Part shown: positions 48,045 through 59,554 of the stretch, piece after piece | Numbering within the stretch: the first letter of the stretch is position 1 | Layout: every line of letters starts with the position of its first letter | NCBI RefSeq assembly: GCF_004010195.1 | Contig: NC_057753.1 | Location: forward strand, 1,370,760 to 1,430,313 | Direction of reading: 5' to 3' | Source: Chiloscyllium plagiosum | Taxonomy: Eukaryota | Length of the DNA stretch: 59,554 nucleotides | Position numbers and translations under genes: made by a program | The notes under the pieces: generated by a model | The model's database searches: none | What the model saw: the letters and a program-made list of their open reading frames with translations, nothing else | Told to the model about the DNA's origin: nothing

Positions 48045-49585
48045 TGTCAGACCCTAGAACTGATCGTGAGGACGGCTGAGACCATTGGAGTCCTTCTCTC
48101 CCCTCCATCACAGACATTTACTCCACACATTGCATCCGCAAGGCAAACAGCATTGTGGAAGACCCCACACACCCCTCACTCAAACTCTTCTCCCTCCTGC
48201 CATCTGGCAGAAGATAACGCAGCGTTTGAACTCTCATGGCCAGGCTGTGCAACAGTTTCTTCCCCCGAGCCATCACGCTCCTTAATACAGTATGATCGGA
48301 CTCTATTTTGTCTGAAACTCTTTGCATGACTTCACATTGCTACTAGAAAAATGTCTATTATTGAATGTTGCTGAACAAAGAGACCTTGGTATGCAGGTTC
48401 ATAGTTTCTTGAAAGTGGAGTCGCAAGTAGATAGGATAGTGAAGAAGGCGTTTGGGCTGCTTTCCTTTATTGGTCAGAATATTGAGTACAGGAGTTGGGA
48501 GGTCATGTTGCAGTTGTACAGGACATTGGTTAGGCCACTGTTGGAATATTGCATGCAATTCTGGTCTCCTTCCTATCGGAAGGATGTTGTGACACTTGAA
48601 AGGGTTCAGAAAAGATTTACAAGGATGTTGCCAGGGTTGGAGCATCTGAGCTATAGGGAGAGACTAAACAGGCTGAGGCTGTTTTCCCTGGAGTGTCAGA
48701 GGCTGACGGGTCACCTTATGACCACCTTTAGGGCGGCACAGTGGCACAGTGGTTAGCACTGCTGCCTCACAATGCCAGAGACCTGGGTTCAATTCCCGAC
48801 TCAGGCGACTGACTGTGTGAAGTTTGCACATTCTCCCCGTGTCTGCGTGGGTTTCCTCCGGGTGCTCCGGTTTCCTCCCACAGTCCAAAGATGTGCACGT
48901 CACGTGAATTGGCCACGCTAAATTGCCCGTAGTGTTAGGTAAAGGGGTAAATGTAGGGGAATGGGTGGGTTACGCTTCGGCGGGTCGGTGTGTACCTGTT
49001 GGGCCGAACGGCCTGTTTCCACACTGTAAGTAATCTAATCTAATCTTATGGAGGTTTATAAAATCATGAGGGGCATGGATAGGGCAAATAGACAAGTCTT
49101 TTCCCTGGGGTGGGGGAGTCCAGAAGTAGAGGGCATAGGTTTAGGGTGAGAGGGGAAAGATATAAAAGAGACCTCAGGGGCAAATTTTTCACACAGAGGG
49201 TGGTACCTGTATGGAATGAGCTGCCAGAGGAAGTGGTGGAGGCTGGTACAATTGCAACATTTAAGAGTCATTTGCATGGGTATATGAACAGGAAGGGTTT
49301 GGAGGGATACGGTCTGGGTGCTGGCAGGTGGGACTAGATTGGGTTGGGATATCTGGTCGGCATGGACGGTTTGGACCGAAGGGTCTGTTTCCGTGCTGTA
49401 CATCTCTATGACTCTACATTACACTGTAACTTGCGTGTTTTGCACTTCTTATGCACTTTATGTGGTGTACGATTGTGTAGTTTGTGCTGTCCATGTAGCA
49501 CCCTCAGTCCTGGAGGAACGCTGTCTCGATTTTACTGTATCAGTTGTAAATGGCAGAAATGACAAATACAAAGCTACTCTCTACA
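48045..49585 (+). mobile_element. Nested insertion: Rex1-like 3' fragment interrupted by CR1 (48360-49414)
   Basis: Rex1-type C-terminal segment at 48045-48290 and tail at 49415-49585; CR1 LYRTLVRPLLEYCMQFWSP. Confidence 0.85.
48730..49047 (+). mobile_element. Full-length HE1 SINE inside CR1
   Basis: tRNA-derived head and aatct tail; cttatg repeated on both sides. Confidence 0.97.
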
Positions 49586-50088
49586 CTTTTTGCCATGAAA
49601 GCTGGACAAGATCCACTTGGTTCATTTTGACTTCACTGTTGAATATTTATCTGGTGTCACTGCCTTCAGTCTCCAGTACGGAAGCTCCAGATAGTCAAAA
49701 TAAAAATGGTCAATCTGAATTTGATTCAATTCATATTTTATGGATTTTCAGTCCAATCGTTTCTGAGATACCCTTGCTAAAAAAAATACTCTTCCAGCAC
49801 ACTTCTGGCCTATTGCTTTAACTGCAGCACAACCAGTGACTAACGCATTTAAAAAGTCCTTTCAGAATTCACATCCGCACTTTAAAACTTTGCATCCAGT
49901 TGGCATTGTAACCAATGCATCACCTTTTCCACCCACATTTAAAGGTTTGTGTGTCTGAGATTCTTGTTGGTTTGAGAGAAAACCTGCCTGGGACACATTG
50001 AGGTGAAATGTCTGATACAGTGTGTGTGAGGGGGACAGAGGAGCTTAATCTGAGTTGGAATCTCAAACATGCAGCTCCCTGTGGTCAG

Positions 50089-50102
50089 GTTGCCATGGCA
50101 AC
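50089..50102. promoter_or_regulatory. Perfect palindromic RFX X-box GTTGCCATGGCAAC with adjacent GATA site
   Basis: Exact 14-bp palindrome in apparently unique DNA; tgataa follows 3 nt later. Confidence 0.5.
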
Positions 50103-50514
50103 ACTGATAAGACTGTCCACTGCACTTCATTGGAAACTCCAGGGAAAAGGATAGTTTGTCTGTTATTAACGACAATACCAACTTCAATCAGACAGAATGA
50201 CAGAAGCGGTTTGATTCTAATGTGTGACGTTTATGTCTATAATTGTGAAAGTGACAGAAACACCAGAATTAAGAGCAAACAGGAGAGTTTAGGGTTAGTG
50301 AGAAAATGACTGAAGGAAAGTAACTGCTGGGGGCAGCAGGGAGTGTCCTTGTGAATCACAGGTCAGAGAAATTCCTGCTGTCTATTCTTCACCTCCTGCC
50401 AACGCCCAGCAGAGAAAACAAAGAAGGGTCAGGGGTCACAGCTCGATGGCTGTAGGGTCTGAAAGTGAGAGGTCACAGGTATAAGGAGGCAGTTGGGACT
50501 GGAGATACCGGAAA

Positions 50515-51472
50515 TAGAGGGTTACAGCATTGAAACCAGCCCATTGGCCCAACCTGTCCATGCTGACCACTTCTCACAATTTAACTAATCCCATTTGCCT
50601 GCGTTTGGTCCATATTCCTCCATACCTATCCCATCCCTGTATCTGTTTAAATGTTTCTTAAATGGTGAAATTGCACTCGCTTCCACTACTCCCTCTGGCA
50701 GCCTGTTCCACACACTCACCACCCTCTGAGTGAAACTATTGCCCCTCTGGACCCTTTTGTATCACTCCCCCCTCACCTTAAACCTATGCCCTCCAGTTTT
50801 AGACTCCCCTAACCTGGGGAAAAGCTGTTGGCTATCAACCTTATCCATGCCTCTCATGATTTTATCGACCTCTATAAGGTCACCACTCCACCTCCTATGC
50901 TCCAGGGAAAAAGGTCCTAGCCTACCCAACGTGTCCTTGTAACCCAAACCTTCCAGTCCAGGTAGCATCCTAGTAAAACTTTTCTGCACTCTTTCTAGTT
51001 TAATAATACCCTTTCTATAGGAGGGCGACCAGAGCCGCACGCAGTCCTGCAGATGTGGCCTCACCAATGTTTAGCTGCAGTAAGACATCCCAACTCCTAT
51101 ACTCAGTGCTCTGGCCGAGAAAGGCAAACATGCTGAAAACCTTCTTCACTGCCCTCTCTACCTGTGACTCCATTTTCAAGGAGCAATGAACCAGTACTCC
51201 GAGATTTCTTTGTTCTATAACACTCTCCAGCGCCCTACCATTGACTGTGTCCTTCCTGCCCTGGTTTGCCTTATGAAAATGCACCACCTTGCATTTGTCT
51301 AAATTAAACTCCGTCTGCCATTCCTCAGCCGACCTACCCAGTTCATCAAGATCTCGTTGCATTCCCAGATAACCGTCTTCACTATTCCATCAATCTTGAT
51401 GTCTCCACAAACTTACTAACCCGCCTCCTAAATTCTCATCCAGATCATTGATATGAATAACAGTGGACCCAG
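50515..51472 (-). mobile_element. CR1 RT/3' end
   Basis: QRDLDELGRSAEEWQTEFNLDKCKVVHF; RPHLQDCVRLWSP. Confidence 0.9.
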
Positions 51473-51479
51473 TCTCTGA

Positions 51480-51745
51480 AGATCATCCCACCCAGACCCA
51501 CCCCTCTACCCAATCTCTGTAACACTATATTTTCCACGGCTAATCTACCCAGCCTGCATATCTGTGCATATTATGGTCAATTTAACATGGCCGATCCACC
51601 CAACCTGCACACCTTTGGGCTGTGGGAGGAATTAACATAGACACAGGGAGAACCTGCAACCTCCACACAGACAGTCACCTGAAGGTGGAATCGAACCAGG
51701 GTCCCTAGTGCTGTGAGGCAGCAGAGCTCACCACTGAGCCACCCT
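51480..51745 (-). mobile_element. Diverged HE1/V-SINE
   Basis: Reverse head gtgctgtgaggcagcag..ccactgagccaccc. Confidence 0.85.
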
Positions 51746-52028
51746 GCTACTCACCTTGGGGTAAGGTATTTCACCAGGGTTATAAAAAGCCTGATTCAGC
51801 CTCCGACAACTCCCAGGGAGAGGGATGGGGAGGGTGCTGAGGAAGTGAGGTCTGTAGGGAGGACTGAAGACAATCTTCCCAATATTTAAATAAAGGAACG
51901 GTCTGTTTATCCACAAATGGATGCCAGACATGTCAGGAAACTGTGTGACCTGTTCTAGGTGTTGGAGCTTGGAGGGTTTTGTCAAAGTTTTAATCAATTT
52001 GTAAATGCATATAATCCGTCCCTCCTAC

Positions 52029-52059
<31 letters not shown>

Positions 52060-52363
52060 TCCTCCCACAGAGAATGGAGTCTTGTGTGGGCCCAGCCTGA
52101 GTGGCATGTTCCCATTCCTGAAGGACATCCAGTGAGATTTTATGACAATCTAGAACGTTTCATGGTCACTTTTTCATAGTACCAGTCCACTATTATTAGA
52201 TTAATTCATTTTAGAATCTATCACTATGTTTTTAATGGGTTTTCTCTCGCCCGTTCTTTTTTCCCTTTCAAATCGATATCATGGGGTATCAGAACAGGAA
52301 GATTAACATAAAATGGATCACATCAGGATCTGACTGGAATTTGAACATCATTGGATTTTGAAG

Positions 52364-53280
52364 ATGGAAGTTAAAATAAAAAAGCACCATTCAGAATGGG
52401 GAGAAACCATACATATTTTCTGTGTGTGGATGGGAATTCAGTCGATCACCTGACCCCTTGAGACACACAACTGTAGTCACAGTGGGGAGAAATCACTCGA
52501 CCATCTGACTTGCTCAAACATCTGCAAGTTCACACTGGGGAGAGACCCTTTAATTGTCCAGAATGTGTGGAAGGCTATAAACTTTCTGGAGCACTGATGT
52601 TCCATCAACGTATTCACACTGAGGAGAGACCATTGAGATGCTCTATCTGTGCGTCTGGATTCAGGCATTCAGCTCATCTCACTGTCCACCAGCGAGTTCA
52701 CATAGGGGAGAGACCATTCACCTGTTCTAAGTGTGGGAAAAGATTCACTCGTTCATCCAACCTGCTGGTACACAGCAAATGCACACCAGCAAGAGACGTT
52801 TCAAACGTCCAGACAGTGAGAAGTGATTTAAAAGTTCCAGGGACTTAATGCCCCATCAACAACAGGGGTGGCACAGTCGCTCAGTGGTTAGCACTGCTGC
52901 CTCACATCACCAGGGACCAGGGTTTGAGTTTGCACACTCTCCCCATGTCCACGTGGGTTTTCTCCGGGTGCTTCAGTTTCCTCCCACAATCCAAAGGTGT
53001 GCAGGTTAGGTAAATTGACCACGTTAAATTGCCTATAGTGTTCAGGGATGTGTAGGTTAGGTGCTTTAGTGAGGAGTAGATATAGTGTGGGGGAATGGGT
53101 CTGGGTGGTTACTCTTCAGAGGTTTGTTGGGGATTTGTTGGGCCAGTTGTTTCCACACTGTGGGAATTCTATGAAATTATATGATTGACTGTACACCAGC
53201 GAGTTAACACTGGGAACAGACCATTCACCAACTCCAAGTATGGGAAGGGTCAACCTACCCGCTGACACACTAGCGTGTAC
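52364..53280 (+). pseudogene. C2H2 zinc-finger pseudogene interrupted by HE1
   Basis: Family leader at ~52285-52363; fingers [24 protein letters not shown] and [16 protein letters not shown]; frameshifts; remnant HQRVNTGNRPFT at ~53193-53230. Confidence 0.9.
52864..53175 (+). mobile_element. HE1 SINE
   Basis: ggggtggcacagtcgctcagtggttagcactgctgcctcac. Confidence 0.9.
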
Positions 53281-53554
53281 ATGATCAACTATAGTGACCT
53301 GCATGCTATATTTCAGAATATTGAATATCAAAAAAAAAAGTTTGATGTTAATCACCTTTATAAAACCTTTGGCGTAAGTTCACTTCTTTGGAAGGGTTCT
53401 CCTCCTCGGACCCTCCATCCTACCTCCAAGCACAAGGGTGAGGAGCTCATGGAGATTCTTTGTGACTAACATTGAGACAATCCCTTCAGGTGTGTGTAAC
53501 GGACAGTTTTACAACATCTCCGGGAGGGGTTAGTACAGTCAGGATGGGCTGAAT

Positions 53555-54085
53555 GGCCGCGAGCGCCCTCTCGTCCCCAATAATCCGGGCATCCTGCACA
53601 ATTCACTGTGACTGTTGGAGCGGAGGGAAGCCCCCACCAATCACTCACAACGGGGCCCCGTAGATTGACGGCGGCTTCGGACCAATAAGAAGCGGGTGGG
53701 CGGGACTGAAAGACCAAGCCGCGCGGTTAGTCCTCCAACCAATCGGAGTGAATGGGGGGGGCTCGCGGGATGACACGTGAGCGACAGGACGAGATGGCGG
53801 TTGGGGAGGGGGGGGTCGTTGTTCCGGAGAGCGGCGGTGAAATGGAGACGGTGTGGACTGGGAGGTTGATGGGACAGAAATAGAAATTCTCGGTCCCTTT
53901 GTCAGCAAACTGGAAAAAGTCTGCGGGCTTCGTACGGCGACAAACCAAGGTAACCGCCACCGTTTTGTACTGGGTCGGGGGGAGAGAGACGATGTTCAGG
54001 GGGACGCATACGGAGCCGCCATTTTTATGGGGTCAATATGAAGAAGTACGCCTGCGCGCCCTTTAACGGCGGCCGGGAGGGGACA
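53555..54085. promoter_or_regulatory. CpG-island promoter with no coding exon identified in the window
   Basis: CCAAT at 53637, 53682 and 53739; GC box 53698; E-box cacgtg 53774; YY1-type agatggcgg 53792 (+) and gccgccattt 54015 (-); donor-like caag|gtaacc at 53950. Confidence 0.75.
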
Positions 54086-54119
54086 ATAAGAGACTGCTTC
54101 GACATTCCATGATTCGACA

Positions 54120-54240
54120 CCAGGAAACTGCGGATGCTGGAATCTAAGGTGGACAAGCGGGATGCTGGGCGAGCACAGCAAGCCAGGCAGCATCAGGAGG
54201 TGGAGAAGTCAACGGCTCGCGTGTAATTCTCCTTCAGGAC
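54120..54240 (-). mobile_element. Penelope-like pLTR remnant
   Basis: actgcggatgctggaatc..gcacagcaagccaggcagcatc, like 41856-41925. Confidence 0.6.
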
Positions 54241-54242
54241 TT

Positions 54243-55005
54243 CCTGGTAAATCTCTTTTGAACCCTTTCCAAAGCTGACATATGCTTCATACGGTGTGAT
54301 GACCAGAATTGTACACAGTACTCCAAATGTGGCCTGATTGAAGCTTTATACAGCTGCAAACCTATATACTCCAGTGCCCTCACTAATAAAGGCAAGCATG
54401 CTTTCTTTACCACTTTAATCCACTTGTGTTGCCACTTTGAGGGAGCTCTGGGCTTGTACCCAAAAGATCCCTCTGCATATCAATGCTCTTAGGTTCCTGT
54501 CATTTACTCTATATTTTTGTCTTGCATTTAACCTCCCAAAATGCATTGCCTCCCTTGTCTGCATTAAACTCCATCAGTAATTTTTCTGCCCAACTTTCCA
54601 ACTGATCTAAGATTATGAAGAGTTCTTGATTAATTGGGTCAATGGGCTAAGTAGTGGCAGATGGTGTTTAATGGGGATAAATGCAAGGTATTGCATTTTT
54701 TGTAAAATGAACAAGGGCAAGGCTTAGAGACACAGAACTGTACAGCATGGCAATGACCTTTTGTTCCATTTTGGCCATGCTGGCCAGATATCCTAAATAA
54801 ATCTAGTCCCATTTGCCAGTCTTTGGCTTATATTCCTCCAACTCTTCCTTTTCACATTCTCATCCAGATGCCTTCTAAATGCTGTAATTGTACTAGCTAC
54901 CACCACTTCCTCTGGCAGCTCATTCCCTACACGCACCAACCCGTGTGAAAAAGTTGCCCCTTGGGTCCCTTTTAAATCTTTCCCCTCTCATCTTTGAACT
55001 TGTGC
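54243..55005 (-). mobile_element. CR1 fragments, including a short + strand piece at ~54610-54725
   Basis: RT C-terminal and 3' motifs. Confidence 0.8.
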
Positions 55006-55389
55006 CTCAAGTTCCATCATGGTGACTATCAATCAGAGAATGGTAGTAGAATGGACAGAGCCCATCAGCAGCAAACACGTGAAACAGGCAGCCTGTCATT
55101 GCAGCAGCAGTGATAAGATGGAGAGCAACAGTCAAGAAAGCTGGAGGTAGTAGGGCAGTCAAGATCCAAAGGTAGCTGGAGTGGGATGTGAAACAGTTGG
55201 CAGGCCAGAAGGATGCTAAGCCACGAAGGTGGGAAAGTGAATGCAAAGGGAGTCGAGTGTTACAAAGGCTGCAAAGCGTGGGTGGGCTGTAAAGCAAGAG
55301 AGTGGTTGCTAAGAGGAGAGAGCATTTTCATCCTTCCCAAAGGCCAGAAGGGAGCCAGCAAAACGTCGGTAATGAATTCCTTGCATATA

Positions 55390-55763
55390 ATGACCTTTAT
55401 AGAGGTTTACAAAATTGAGGGGCATGGATAGGGTAAATAGGCCAAGTCTTTTCCCTGGGGTGGGGGAATCCAGAACTAGAGGGCATAAGTTTAGGGTGAG
55501 AGGGGAAAGATATAAAAGAGACCCAAGGGGCAATATTTTCACTGAGGGTGGTACGTGTATGGAAGGAGCTGCCACAGGAAGTGGTGGAGGCTGGTACAAT
55601 TGCAACATTTAAGAGGAATCTGGATGGGTATATGAATAGGAAGGGTTTGGAGGGATATGGGCTGGGTGCTGGCAGGTGGGACTAGATTGGATTTGGATAG
55701 CTGGTCGGCATGGACGGGTTGGACCGAAGGGTCTGTTTCCATGCTGTACATCTCTATGACTCT
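55390..55763 (+). mobile_element. CR1 3' end
   Basis: RGMDRVNRPSLFPGVGESRTRGHKFRVRGERYKRD. Confidence 0.9.
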
Positions 55764-55929
55764 AAGTGGTGGAAGTACTAAGTGATATGGGCCCAAGGAA
55801 GGCATATGGAATTAGGCCATAGATCAGGCATGATTTTATTGAATGATGGAGCAGGCTCGAAGGGTTGAACAGCCTACTCCTGTTCTCTTATGCCAATTTA
55901 AATGCCGCACTGAATTAATGCTCACCTTC

Positions 55930-58480
55930 TGTATTTCAGACTTAAGGTCAATGGAGCAGTAATGATTATTAAGGATTTTGATGAATTTTTCTAATCATGC
56001 TTTTGCTGAGCGTCCAAATTGCCCATTTGGTAATCTCATTACTAATGAAGGAGTGGTAAGAATGAAAAGGGTCTTCTGAAAACTCAGAAGTAGCCCTCTA
56101 GAAAATCTGAGAGGCCTCATTAGGGGAGGGGGGGGGTTGACCCTTGCATGTAAATAACCACAAACAGCATTCCTAAAGTACTGACTAATCAAGAGGCAAT
56201 AGTGGGGGAGGAAATAAATAAAATGGTTGTCATTAGAGAAAAATTATTATTGGCCCTAAAAGCTGATAAGCCCCCTGGACCTGAAGGGTCGTGCCCTCGA
56301 ATATTAGAGGCAGTGGGTGAATCGTAGTAACTATCCAAGAATCCTTAGCTTCTGGAAAAGCCCCAGAGGATTGGGAAACAAAAGGGAGGCAAAAAAAGAC
56401 AGGTCAGTTAGGTTCAAATTTGCTATTACAAAAATGTTAGTGTCTATTACAAATGATATATTGCAGAATAATTAGCAACACAATCTGAAACAAAGAGTAG
56501 TGATAAATGGCTCCCTTTCGGAATGGCAGGGGTGACCAGTGGGGTACCGCAGGGATCAGTGCTGGGACCGCAGCTTTTTACAATATATATTAATGATATA
56601 GAAGATGGTATTAATAGTAACATTAGCAAATTTGCTGATGATACAAAGCTGGGTGGCAGGGTGAAATGTGAGGAGGATGTTAGGAGATTACAGGGTGACC
56701 TAGACAGGTTAGGTGAGTGGACAGATGTAGTTTATTGTGGATAAATGTATGGTTATCCACTTTGGTGGCAAGAACAAGAAGGCAGATTACTACCTCAATG
56801 GAGTCAGGTCAGGTAAAGGGGCAGTACAACGAGATCTAGGTGTTCCTGTACACCAGTCAATGAAGGCAAGCATGCAGGTACAGAAGGTAGTGAAGAAAGC
56901 TAATAGCATGCTGGCCTTCATAACAAGAGGGATTGAGTATAGAAGCAAAGAGGTTCTTCTGCAGCTGTACAGGGCCCTGGTGAGACCACACCTGGAGTAC
57001 TGTGATTATGAAAGGATTGGACACTCTGGAGGCAGGAAACATGTTTCCGTTGATGGGTGAGTGCCGAACCAGAGGACACAGCTTAAAAATACGGGGTAGG
57101 CCACTTAGGACAGAGATGAGGAGAAACTTCTTCACCCAGAGAGTGGTGGGTGTGTGGAATGCTCTGCCCCAGAAGGCAGTGGAGGCCCAGTCTCTGGATT
57201 CGTTTAACAAAGAGTTGGATAGAGCTCTCAAGGATAGTAGAATCAAGGGTTATGGAGATAAAGCAGGAAGAGGATACTGATTAGGAATGATCAGCCATGA
57301 TCATATTGAATGGTGGTGCAGGCTTGAAGGGCAGAATGGCCTACTTCTGCACCTATTGTCTATTGATTCAACGTGGTTTCATAAAAATGGAAACCAATGC
57401 CCAACAAATTTGACTATTCTTTGAGGAGGTAACAAGCAGGAAGAGAAAGGGGAACCAATAGATGAAATATATATGAATTTCCAAACGGTGATCAATAAGG
57501 TCCTGTACATAAGGCTACTCGATAAGAGCCCAAGGTGGGTAGATTGTATATTTGTATGGATAGAGAATTGGCGAGTTAATAAGTCAGATTTGGATTAAGA
57601 GGGAAATTTTCCAAATGACAATCTGCAACCGGTGGAGTCGAACAGGGATCAGTGCTGGGACTACAGTTATGACATTATTGAGGCAAGTGAGTGGGTTACA
57701 GGGTAAGTTACAGGGTAAGTGGTGAGAATGAGAGACAACATTTGTAGAGAAATATATACAGGTTAAGTTATGTAGATGGAATATAGTAAGCAATTTAGGT
57801 TTTGCAGAAGAATAGAAACATTATTATTTAAGTAGACTGCAGGAAGCTGCGTCACAAAGGCATTTGTGGATCCTACTGCATAAATCACAACTAAAAACTA
57901 ACATACAGGTTCAGCAGATAATAAAGAAGGTAACTGGAATATTAGTCTATCCCAGGGAATGGAGTATAGCAATAGGGAACTCTTGTGAAAACTATACAAA
58001 GTACTAGGTAGACCTCACCTAGTGAAACGGTTTTGGTCCCCATACCTAAGGTAAGATATAATGCCATTGGAGGCAGTCTAGAGAAGATTCACTGATCGCA
58101 GGCATGGAAGGATTTTCTTATGAGGAGAGAGGTCAAATAGGTTGGGTTGCAAACATTGGAGATTAGAAGAATGAGAAGTGACCTTATTGAAACATATATT
58201 GTAGAGGGCTTGACTGGGTAGATGTTGAGAAACTGTTTCTTTGTGGGAGAGTCTAGAACTAGAAGGTGTAATCTGAGTAAGAGGTTGCACCCTTGAGAGG
58301 AATTTCTTCTGTCAGAGGGTTGTGAATTTCTGGTGTTTATTGCAACAGAGCATGTTGAGATTGTGTCATTAAGTATATTTGAGGCTGAGTTTTTTATCAG
58401 TAAGAGAGTCAGATGTTCTAGGGAAATGAAGTTGAGGATTCTCAGATCATTCATGATCTCATTGAACAGTGGAGTAATCA
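55930..58480 (+). mobile_element. Old CR1 ORF2 remnant containing a younger CR1
   Basis: LALKADKPPGPEG; eroded QGSVLG and RPHL motifs. Confidence 0.7.
56490..57364 (+). mobile_element. Younger CR1, same subfamily as 29041-31108
   Basis: [34 protein letters not shown]; very similar to 30350-31108. Confidence 0.95.
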
Positions 58481-58731
58481 ATGTGGAATATTATTTCTTT
58501 CACTCCTTTTGTTTTTTTCCCTCTCCCTATGCCTTCTCGTTTTAGACTCTCCTCCACTAGGAAAAAGACACGGCTATAGGGTGGGGGAGCCTCCAGGACT
58601 AGAAGACATTGGTTTAAGATGACAGAGGAAAGGTTTAAAAGGGACCTAAGGGGAAATTTTTCACAGAGTGCATGTGTGGAATGAGCTGCCAGAGGACTTG
58701 GTGCAGACTGGTACGATTACAACATTTAACA

Positions 58732-59554
58732 GGCAGCAGAGAGCGGCGGGAGCTGGACGGAAGTGAAGTCAGAGCGCAGAGCTGGTCGGGAAGGTAAGTG
58801 ATTTGTTATTTGAGTGGAGAAGGACGTGTTAGGGAACTGGAGCTGGAATTGGATGAACTGAGAATTATTCGAGAGGCTGAGAGGATGATAGATAGAAGCT
58901 ATAGGGACATAGTTACGCCAGAGAACAGAGGTAGCTGGGTAACAGTTAGAGGTGGGAAGGGGAGGAAGCAGGCAGTGCAGGGATCCCCTGTGGTTGTTCC
59001 CCTCAACAATAAGTATACCGCTTTGGATACTTTTGAGGCGGACGGCCTAGCAGGGGTAAGCTGCAGTGACCGGGTCTCTGGCATGAGGTCTGGCTCTGAG
59101 GCTCAGAAGGGAAAGGGGGAGAGGAGGAGAACGCTAGTTATAGGAGACTCTATATAGTTAGAGGGACGGACAGGCTGTTCTGTGGACATGGGCGAGACTC
59201 TCGGTTGGTTTGTTGTCTCCCGGGTGCCAGGGTCCGAGACGTCTCGGACCGTGTCTTCAGAATCCTTAAGGGGGAGGGTGTGCAGCCAGAAGTCGTGGTG
59301 CACATTGGCACCAACGACATAGGTAGGAAGAGGGATGGGGAGGTCATTCAGGAGCTCAGGAAGTTAGGCTGGAAGCTAAAAGCTAGGACAGACAGAGTCG
59401 TCACCTCTGGGTTGTTGCCGGTGCCACGTGACAGTGACACAAGGAATAGGGAGAGAGTGCAGTTGAACACGTGGCTGCAAGGATGGTGTAGGAGGGAGGA
59501 CTTCAGGTATTTGGACAATTGGACTGCATTCTGGGGAAGGTGGGACCTATACAA
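58732..59554 (+). mobile_element. CR1 5' region with ORF1 SGNH/GDSL esterase domain, frameshifted, running off the window
   Basis: Coiled coil ELELELDELRII; VIGDSI; CLPGARV; VVVHIGTND; 2-nt TA slippage near 59150-59156. Confidence 0.9.

Overview
Vertebrate nuclear DNA from a cartilaginous fish: tRNA-derived HE1/V-SINE copies and abundant CR1 LINEs point to an elasmobranch, probably a shark (inference). The window has two assembly gaps (500 N at 14634-15133; 295 N at 32642-32936). Left of the 500-N join is an AT-rich block with little CpG depletion and very decayed repeats. It holds two eroded intronless GPCR pseudogenes of the proton-sensing type (GPR65/GPR4/GPR68/GPR132-like), facing each other, and a possible eroded CABIT (THEMIS/GAREM-like) gene. 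Right of the join is a C2H2 zinc-finger gene cluster with no KRAB exon seen: one largely intact gene (CDS 24386-25048) behind a CpG-island promoter, three pseudogenes, and a second, orphan CpG-island promoter. These sit among nested CR1, L2/CR1-clade, Rex1, Penelope-like, pogo/Tigger MITE and solo-LTR insertions. The most distinctive signal is a set of short Penelope-derived insertions with target-site duplications that carry minimal type I hammerhead ribozyme cores with a palindromic AGCT stem III. One is a 207-bp foldback unit with two head-to-head cores. All family assignments come from motif recognition by eye, and repeat boundaries are approximate.
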